Shown here: piece by piece, positions 53,263 to 64,000 of the stretch
How positions within the stretch are numbered: the first letter of the stretch is position 1
Layout: each line of letters opens with the position of its first letter
DNA from: Chloroflexota bacterium
GTDB taxonomy: Bacteria > Chloroflexota > UBA11872 > VXOZ01
Direction: 5' to 3'
DNA: 64,000 nucleotides
NCBI GenBank assembly: GCA_963663275.1
Contig: OY760183.1
Coordinates: forward strand, 2,848,001-2,912,000
Translations under genes and position numbers: made by a program
The notes under the pieces: generated by a model
The model's input: only the letters and a program-made list of their open reading frames with translations
Database searches by the model: none
What the model was told of the DNA's origin: nothing

Positions 53263-53325
53263 CCGCAGCGGCAGGCATCGCCGGAGCGTATTAAGCGGAA
53301 TAAAGACGGAGCAGCCTCAGTCACG

Positions 53326-54234
53326 ATGGAGAAAATCGATCGCTTTCGCGGCACGCTGGTCGGTCTCGCCACCGGCGAGTGCCTCGGCGCGGCCACCGAG
53401 GGCCTGACGCCCGCGGAGATCCGCGCCCGCTTCGGCGTCTTGCGCGGACTGCGCGGCCCCGCCAACGCCCGCGCCGGCGAGATCGCCAATCAAGCGCGCT
53501 GCCTGGCGGAGAGCCTGGTGGCCCACAAGCAGTACGATCCCGATGACGCTTTGCAGCGGCTGGTCGCGTGGTCGTTCAGTTCCCAGGGCGTGCTCTCCCA
53601 GGACGTAACCAAACAAGCCCTGGCCAAGGTGGCCAGCGGCATGATGTGGGAACACGCCTCGTCCCTCACCTACTGGGAAAGCGGCGGCAAGACCACCGGC
53701 AACCACGTTGTGGGCCGTTGCGCGCCCTTGGCGCTGCTGTACGCGCAGCATCCCGAGCAGAACATTGCCGCCACCTACAATAGCGCCCGGCTGACGCATT
53801 ACGACCGCATGTGGAGTTGGGCCGCCGTTACCCTCAACCTGATCATCTCCGCCCTCATCGCCGGCAACAGCATCAAGGACTCCCTCAAGCTCATCGTCGA
53901 CCACTTGGATGACTTCGACGTGCCGCTGCCGATCCTGGAGCGCCTCTCAGAGTTGGAACCGGGTTCGTACATCCAGCCGTCCACGATGGCGTTCGACGCC
54001 CTGGAAGCCGCCCTGGTCTGCCTGCTGCGCACGGAGACCGCCGAGTCCGCGCTGGTGGAAGCCGTAAACCTGGGCGGCGCCAGCCAGACTACGGGCGCGG
54101 TCTGCGGCGCGCTGGCCGGCGCGGCCTACGGGCTGGCTCGTATCCCGGACCGCTGGTGGCAGCGGCTCGAAGACGTAGAGGAGTTCGTAGAATTGGCCGA
54201 CCGCATCTGCGCGCTCGCCAGCGATAGCTCGTGA
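53326..54234 (+). CDS. ADP-ribosylglycohydrolase-fold protein (DraG/ARH family), metal ligands degenerate
   Basis: DRFRG.L.G.A.G..LG...E, CLAESL, GN....R.APL, LTH, AVNLGG...T.GAV.GALAGA.YG...IP..W. Confidence 0.85.
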   Translation: MEKIDRFRGTLVGLATGECLGAATEGLTPAEIRARFGVLRGLRGPANARAGEIANQARCLAESLVAHKQYDPDDALQRLVAWSFSSQGVLSQDVTKQALAKVASGMMWEHASSLTYWESGGKTTGNHVVGRCAPLALLYAQHPEQNIAATYNSARLTHYDRMWSWAAVTLNLIISALIAGNSIKDSLKLIVDHLDDFDVPLPILERLSELEPGSYIQPSTMAFDALEAALVCLLRTETAESALVEAVNLGGASQTTGAVCGALAGAAYGLARIPDRWWQRLEDVEEFVELADRICALASDSS

Positions 54235-54929
54235 AGTTTCCCGCCCCACTGCAAGCGGCGCGCTTCCTCTCCCGGCCGAACCGGTTCACGTGTCTCGTGC
54301 GGCTTTCCGGTCAAAGAGCGCCCGCCAGGGCCCACCTGCCCGACCCCGGACGCTTGCGCGAGTTGCTGCAACCCGGCGTGCGCGTGTGGGTGGAACCAAA
54401 GAGCGGAGCGGAGCGCAAGACGGCGTATCAGGTGTGGCTGGTAGAGCAAGCGGGCACGCTCGTCTCGCTGAACACCCAACTACCAAACCTGCTCGTGGGG
54501 GAAGCGATGGCTCGGGGTCGCCTGGCGGAGTTTGCGCGCTACACCGCCTGGGAGCGCGAACGCCGCAGCGGGGAAAGCCGCCTCGACTTCCGCCTCTCCA
54601 ATGAGGCTGAAACGTGCTGGGTGGAGGTCAAGTCGGTCACGCTGGTGGAGGATGGGCGCGGCCTCTTCCCGGACGCGCCTACGGCGCGCGGGCGCAGGCA
54701 CCTGGCGGAACTGACACGGCTCCGGCGCAACGGCTCGCGCGCCGTTGCGCTCTTCGTCGCGCAGCGCGCCGACGCGCACAGCGTTGCCGCCAATCGCGAC
54801 ACGGATCCCGCGTTCGCCGCCGCCCTGCGAGACGCCCACCGGCACGGCGTCGAATGCATCGCCTACACGTGCGCAATTACCACCGAGCGCGCCGCGCTGC
54901 ATGAGCGCATACCCGTGATCGTCCGGTAG
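54231..54929 (+). CDS. sfsA: SfsA-family nuclease
   Basis: RPNRF, GRL.ELL.PG, SRLDF, VEVKSVTL, FPDAPTARG.RHL. Confidence 0.93.
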   Translation: MKFPAPLQAARFLSRPNRFTCLVRLSGQRAPARAHLPDPGRLRELLQPGVRVWVEPKSGAERKTAYQVWLVEQAGTLVSLNTQLPNLLVGEAMARGRLAEFARYTAWERERRSGESRLDFRLSNEAETCWVEVKSVTLVEDGRGLFPDAPTARGRRHLAELTRLRRNGSRAVALFVAQRADAHSVAANRDTDPAFAAALRDAHRHGVECIAYTCAITTERAALHERIPVIVR

Positions 54930-55163
54930 CGCCTCATCACCAAGCGCACCGTCATCGGCCATCCGTCATCAATCATCCGTCTACCAACTCTTGCGCATGG
55001 CCGGACTCGCTCTTGTCCCCTCTCCCTGGGGGAGAGGGCTAGGGTGAGGGGATTCGCGTGGGCATTCACAAAGTCGAAGCAGCACGAGACTGCCCTCGCC
55101 TTCTCGCAGACATCCACCGCGATAAAGCGCACGCCACTGGACGCCAATTCCCACCAAAAGCCT

Positions 55164-55925
55164 CTACTCCGGCGCTACAATCGGATTGGCAAGCGTGCCG
55201 ATGTTCTCGATCACCACCTCCACCCGGTCGCCGACCTGCATCGGGCCGATGCCGCTGGGCGTGCCGGTAATGATCACGTCGCCGGGGAACAGCGTGAACG
55301 CCTGCGAGACGTAGTGGACGATGAAGTCCGGCTTGAACACCATGTCGGCCGTGTTGCTATCCTGCTTGACCTCGCCGTTGAGTATCGTCTGGATGCGCAA
55401 GCCCACGGGGTCGATCTCGTTCACCAGCACCGGCCCCAGGGGGCAGAACGTATCCATGCCCTTGGCCCGCGCCCATTGCCCGTCGGCGCGTTGCAGGTCG
55501 CGCGCGCTGACGTCGTTGGCGCAGGTGTAGCCGGCCACCACGCCCGGGGCGTCAGCCACCGAAATCCGGTGCGCCGCCTTGCCGATGACAATCGCCAACT
55601 CGCACTCGTAGTCCAACTGCGTCGTCAGGTGCGAATAGATCACGCCCTCTTCCGGGCCGATTATGGCCGTGGGCGGCTTCAGGAACAGCATCGGCTCCTT
55701 GGGCACCTCCATGCCGCTCTCCTCGGCGTGGAGCTTATAGTTCAGGCCGACGCAAATGACCTTCGTCGGCGACGCCGGCGGCAGAATGGAGAGGTCCGCC
55801 AGCGCGAGCGTCCGGTTCCGCTTCGTCCAACCGGTAATCGGATCGCCCAGCACCGCCGTGACACGATCCCCTTCGACGATTCCCCATCCGTCGCTAGAGC
55901 CGTCTTGATAACGAACGAACTTCAC
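55164..55925 (-). CDS. Fumarylacetoacetate hydrolase family protein
   Basis: VGLNY, DYECEL, NDVSARD, KGMDTFCPLGP, TGTPSG. Confidence 0.93.
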   Translation of the reverse strand: MKFVRYQDGSSDGWGIVEGDRVTAVLGDPITGWTKRNRTLALADLSILPPASPTKVICVGLNYKLHAEESGMEVPKEPMLFLKPPTAIIGPEEGVIYSHLTTQLDYECELAIVIGKAAHRISVADAPGVVAGYTCANDVSARDLQRADGQWARAKGMDTFCPLGPVLVNEIDPVGLRIQTILNGEVKQDSNTADMVFKPDFIVHYVSQAFTLFPGDVIITGTPSGIGPMQVGDRVEVVIENIGTLANPIVAPE

Positions 55926-56005
55926 GTGCTACACTCCTTTGCATTCGGGCATTCCTGCAACTAGGATAGTCATTCTCGTGCGCGGATGCAAAGCGCGCTA
56001 CCGGC

Positions 56006-56950
56006 TCAATGGCCCTGCGCCGCGAGTTCCTGGCGGAAGTAGGCAATCGTCTCGCGCAGTCCCGCTTCCAGCGACGTTTCCGGGCTCCATCCCAAGCGCG
56101 CCCGCGCCTTGGTAATGTCCGGGCGCCGCCGTTGCGGATCGTCGGCGGGCAGCGGCTTGTGCACGATCGGCGCGTTGGTGTCCGTCAGCCGCACGATCAT
56201 GTCGGCGAACTCGCGGATCGTGCGCTCGTCCGGGTTGCCGAGATTGAAGACGTCCCCTTGCGTCTCCGGCGTGAACATCGCCGCCGCGATGCCGCGCACC
56301 AGGTCACCCACGTAGCAAAACGAGCGCGTCTGCGCGCCCTCGCCGTAGATGGTGATGGGCCGCCCGGCCAGCGCCTGGGCGATGAAGTTCGGCACCACGC
56401 GGCCGTCGCGGGGATCGTTGCGCGGCCCGTAGGTATTGAAGATGCGGATGATGCGGGCGTCTACCCCGTACTGGCGCGCGTACTCCATCGTCAGAGCCTC
56501 GCCAAACCGCTTCCCCTCGTCGTAGCACGCCCGCGGCCCTATCGGATTCACGTTGCCCCAGTAGGTCTCCCGCTGCGGGTGCTCCAGCGGATCGCCGTAC
56601 ACCTCGGAAGTAGACGCATAGAGGAATTGCGCCCCGTTCGCGCGCGCCAGCGCCAGCAGGTTGTCCGTGCCCACGGAATTCACGCGCAACGTCTCGATGG
56701 GATGCCGCAGGTATCCCTCCGGGCTGGCCGGACTCGCCAGGTGAAACACCGCGCCGCCTTGCCAGACGAACGGCTCGACAACGTCGTGCTGAAGCAGCGT
56801 AAACCGGTCGCTTTCCGCCAGGTGAGCGACGTTCCGGGCCCGTCCGGTAATGACGTTATCGACCGCGGTGACGTGATGCCCCTGCGCAATCAGGTAATCA
56901 CAGAGATGCGAGCCGACGAAGCCCGCGCCGCCCGCGACCAAGACCCGCAC
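56006..56950 (-). CDS. UDP-glucuronate decarboxylase (UXS-like extended SDR)
   Basis: GGAGFVGSHL, HLASPASP, ASTSEVYGDP, YDEGKR, RIFNTYGP. Confidence 0.9.
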   Translation of the reverse strand: MRVLVAGGAGFVGSHLCDYLIAQGHHVTAVDNVITGRARNVAHLAESDRFTLLQHDVVEPFVWQGGAVFHLASPASPEGYLRHPIETLRVNSVGTDNLLALARANGAQFLYASTSEVYGDPLEHPQRETYWGNVNPIGPRACYDEGKRFGEALTMEYARQYGVDARIIRIFNTYGPRNDPRDGRVVPNFIAQALAGRPITIYGEGAQTRSFCYVGDLVRGIAAAMFTPETQGDVFNLGNPDERTIREFADMIVRLTDTNAPIVHKPLPADDPQRRRPDITKARARLGWSPETSLEAGLRETIAYFRQELAAQGH

Positions 56951-57072
56951 GCTATGCCCTCGTTTCTCGTTACCCACGCCGCCGCGCGCCCATTGTACCA
57001 CGCGGGGCTAGGCACACCGCGCCGCGTCCAGGCGGCCCCGCGCGCGGCCCGGCGCAATCCGGCGCGATAGGG

Positions 57073-57101
57073 TTGACGCGCGGGCAGTAAGGTGTTAGTG
57101 T
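57073..57101 (+). promoter_or_regulatory. Putative rRNA promoter
   Basis: TTGACG-17 bp-TAGTGT with a TGn extension, ~140 bp upstream of the 16S. Confidence 0.6.
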
Positions 57102-57243
57102 AGAAAGGCACTGCGCCGCAAGGCGTTGGTGGCACATTAACAGGAAAAGAGTGATGAAGGTAAGGGTGAGGGAAGAGGAGAGCCGGGGGGAGACTGGGTG
57201 GATGGGAGTGGTGGAGACAGAGCAACTGAGCATGAGATGTTTT

Positions 57244-58776
<1,533 letters not shown>

Positions 58777-59108
58777 CTAGGGTTTTTCCCAACACCTCTC
58801 CATACCCCACACATACCTCCCTAACCTCCTACTAACCACACCCCCCTTCATCACCCTCCTCCTGCTAATTAGCCACCAGACACCAACGCCCCGCCTCACC
58901 GGCAGGGCGTTCGCTCTTTCTCTTATCCCCCGGTCGCATTTCAACCAGACCGTGCCATTGCGCGACCGGCGGCGGCCATTTGAAAACTGCCCGGTGGACC
59001 CAAAACGACGTAGGGGCACGACGTGTCGTGCCCCTACGCATATGTGCTTCCGGCTACCGGGGACTGTGTTTGCGTCCCCGTCACAGGCCCGTTGAAGACC
59101 GGCGCGTA

Positions 59109-59876
59109 CTAGACCGGCACGCCGGCCAACGCTTCCATCAATTCCACGTTCTCGTCCACCTCGGCTTTGTTCTCCATGCCCAGCACCACCGCATCCACGC
59201 TGGAGAGATTCAGCACGAATTCCAGCGCCCGCCGGCGATCTTCCAGCAACTTGCCCGCGCCGTAGACCTTCATGCCGTAGATGCCCTGGCCCCGCGCCGA
59301 CATCTCGTCCATCACCGGGATGACTTCCGCGGGCGAAGCGTCCATCAAGACGCCGTCGTAGTTGATGCGCGCCAGCACCACCTCAACCCACGGCGTGGCG
59401 GCGGCCAGCTTGAAGGCGTCGAAATCATGGCAGGAAACGCCCACCGCGCGTATCATGCCCCGGTCCTGGCACACCGAGAGCGCCTCCATGCAGTCCTGGT
59501 AGCGCGTCGTCCAATCGTGCTCCGTGAGACAGTGCAGCAGCACGATGTCCGCGTAGTCCGTGCCCAATTCGCGCAGGAAGCGTTCCACGTCCTGGCGCAC
59601 GCCGGCGGCGGTACGGGACGTGGTCTTGGTGGTGACGACAACCTGGTCGCGGGGCAGCAGGCGCAGCGCCTCGCGCACGTGGGGATGGGAGCCGTACTGG
59701 TCCGCGGTGTCCCAGAAACGCACACCGGCGTCGTAGGCGTAGCAGAGCAGGTCGATCAGGCCCTGTTCGCCAAGCTGCCGCGTCTGGTTCGACGAGCCGT
59801 TCCAGCCGACCGTGCCGGTGCCGATGCACAGGCGGGAGACCTCGATGCCGGAGTTTCCAAGCGTTACCTGCTGCAT
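59109..59876 (-). CDS. Aldo/keto reductase
   Basis: LG.SG..VSRL.IGT, DTADQYG, TK, LGTDY.DI.LLH. Confidence 0.9.
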   Translation of the reverse strand: MQQVTLGNSGIEVSRLCIGTGTVGWNGSSNQTRQLGEQGLIDLLCYAYDAGVRFWDTADQYGSHPHVREALRLLPRDQVVVTTKTTSRTAAGVRQDVERFLRELGTDYADIVLLHCLTEHDWTTRYQDCMEALSVCQDRGMIRAVGVSCHDFDAFKLAAATPWVEVVLARINYDGVLMDASPAEVIPVMDEMSARGQGIYGMKVYGAGKLLEDRRRALEFVLNLSSVDAVVLGMENKAEVDENVELMEALAGVPV

Positions 59877-59957
59877 GTTCGCTGACTCCTTGCCGTTTCT
59901 TACGGTTTGCTGCTCATTCTATCACGCTATGCGCGGCCGCGCGCGCCGGGCAGTCGT

Positions 59958-61190
<1,233 letters not shown>

Positions 61191-61535
61191 TGGATGCCGC
61201 AACCTCGTGTCATCACGTCTACTCCGATTCCGGTTGAACGCCCGTTGTTTGAACAGGATGATAGTGACAAACCGCCCGCCGACCGTCAAGCGAACGCCAT
61301 CGCTTGCACCCGGCGCGTTACCTGAAAGATGTCTATCAATCGCCAGCCCTGCCCCGATGTTTGGTTGCAGTTCCAACTCGCTGGCGGGGGACAAGCCCCC
61401 GCGCTACGGCTTAGCGGCGAGAGCGACTTGGCCAGAAAACACACGCGACATCCACGCGCTTTGAATAGAAGGTGACAAGCGGCGCGCGCTCTTGTACTGT
61501 AGACTAATGCAGGAACTGTTTTCCAGGAGGTCTCG

Positions 61536-62471
61536 ATGGCGCGGAAAGTGCGAGTGGCCGTCTGTTCGACGCCGCTCCGCGTGCCCAAGGGTTCCGACGG
61601 CGAAATACATGCGTACAACCTGGACGTCGCGGAAGAACTCATCGTCCGCGCCGTGGAGCAGCGGGCCGACGTGGCCTGCCTGCCCGAGGTCTTCCACGTG
61701 AAAGGCATCGGGGGCGCGGGCAGAGCCGCGAATTGGTTCGAGGACGTGCCCGGCGGCCCAGCCTATATGCGCATGTCGCAGGTCGCGCGGCGCTACGGCA
61801 TCAACGTCATCGCGCCCATCTTTGCCCTGGAACACGGCGAGCGCCGCAATCTGGCGATGGTCTTCGACCGTAACGGCAGGTATCGCGGCGGTTATCAGAA
61901 GGTGCACCTTACCGAGGTCGAGCGCGATGCGTGGGGAATTGTCCCGGGTCGCGAGTGGCCCGTGTTCGACCTCGACTTTGGCAGGATCGGCATTACGATT
62001 TGCTACGACGTGAACTTCCCGGAGGGCTTTCGCATCCTCGCGCTGCAAGGCGCCGAGATCATCTTCCATCCCACCGTCTACAGCATGTACGGTGAGGTCG
62101 GATGGGAGGCCGTGATACAGGCCCGGGCCATTGACAATTGCGTCTACGTCTGCCCCGTGAACAATGGCATCGACGATGACGCGCCCTGGATGCCCGGCAT
62201 GTGCCTCAATCGCAGCAGCGTCATTGGGCCGGACGGCATTGCCCTGGCGGATCTGGGGCGCTACTGGGGCACGGCGGTGGCGGAACTGGACCTGGACCGC
62301 CCCCGCATCGTGCGGAGCATGGGCGCTTCCGGCGAGGCGAACTTCCGGCAGAAGATGTGGGAGCACCGCCGCCCTGAGACCTACGGTAAACTGACGGAAC
62401 ACGGCTACTGGGTAGAAAACGGCTACCCGCGTGAGACAGCCGCCGCAATCCAAGCTACGGACAAGGAGTAG
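61536..62471 (+). CDS. Carbon-nitrogen hydrolase (nitrilase superfamily)
   Basis: E-K-C triad in LPE, YQKVH and ICYD. Confidence 0.9.
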   Translation: MARKVRVAVCSTPLRVPKGSDGEIHAYNLDVAEELIVRAVEQRADVACLPEVFHVKGIGGAGRAANWFEDVPGGPAYMRMSQVARRYGINVIAPIFALEHGERRNLAMVFDRNGRYRGGYQKVHLTEVERDAWGIVPGREWPVFDLDFGRIGITICYDVNFPEGFRILALQGAEIIFHPTVYSMYGEVGWEAVIQARAIDNCVYVCPVNNGIDDDAPWMPGMCLNRSSVIGPDGIALADLGRYWGTAVAELDLDRPRIVRSMGASGEANFRQKMWEHRRPETYGKLTEHGYWVENGYPRETAAAIQATDKE

Positions 62472-62477
62472 TCGGTG

Positions 62478-63800
<1,323 letters not shown>

Positions 63801-63843
63801 GCAATCATGAACCACGCATACCACTGAACCCAAATACACCGCC

Positions 63844-64000
63844 ATGCTGCTACCCCTCGTCATAACCATCCACATGGACCCCGTGCTGGTGCAGATCGGC
63901 CCCATCGCGCTGCGCTGGTATGGACTCATGTACGTGCTGGGCATCATGGCCGGCGTGTGGACGATTCGCAAGTACGCCAACCGGTGCGGCATCGACGACG
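63844..64000 (+). CDS. lgt: Prolipoprotein diacylglyceryl transferase, N-terminal fragment (runs off the window)
   Basis: Translates to ...MDPVLVQIGPIALRWYGLMYVLG, the Lgt N-terminal RWYG motif. Confidence 0.85.
   Translation, partial: MLLPLVITIHMDPVLVQIGPIALRWYGLMYVLGIMAGVWTIRKYANRCGIDD

Overview
High-GC bacterial chromosome segment, most likely Chloroflexota (short V3 loop in the 16S, unlinked 16S, r-protein signatures; lineage is inference). About 22 kb is the str-S10-spc-alpha ribosomal superoperon (rpsL to rpsI). Also present: rpsP-khpA-rimM-trmD-rplS-rnhB-yraN, scpAB, ppdK, pcm, xerD, lspA, fabH, tRNA-Pro(TGG), a stand-alone divergent 16S rRNA gene, and metabolic genes. Intergenic DNA is densely colonised by small non-autonomous repeats (GTAG-type REPs, BoxC-like repeats, three-level nested MITEs, a 101-bp tandem array). 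The best candidate for an undescribed system is 14981-17620: a promoter and a structured ~140-nt leader precede four small paralogous CxxC/WGP proteins arranged A-B-A-B, and the first has an in-frame UGA inside a 10-residue repeat tail. A second candidate is a putative operon (51422-54929) with two adjacent apparent pseudoenzymes (archaemetzincin-like, ADP-ribosylglycohydrolase-like) coupled to sfsA. No CRISPR array, prophage or transposase was recognised. All assignments come from motif recognition by eye; no searches were run.
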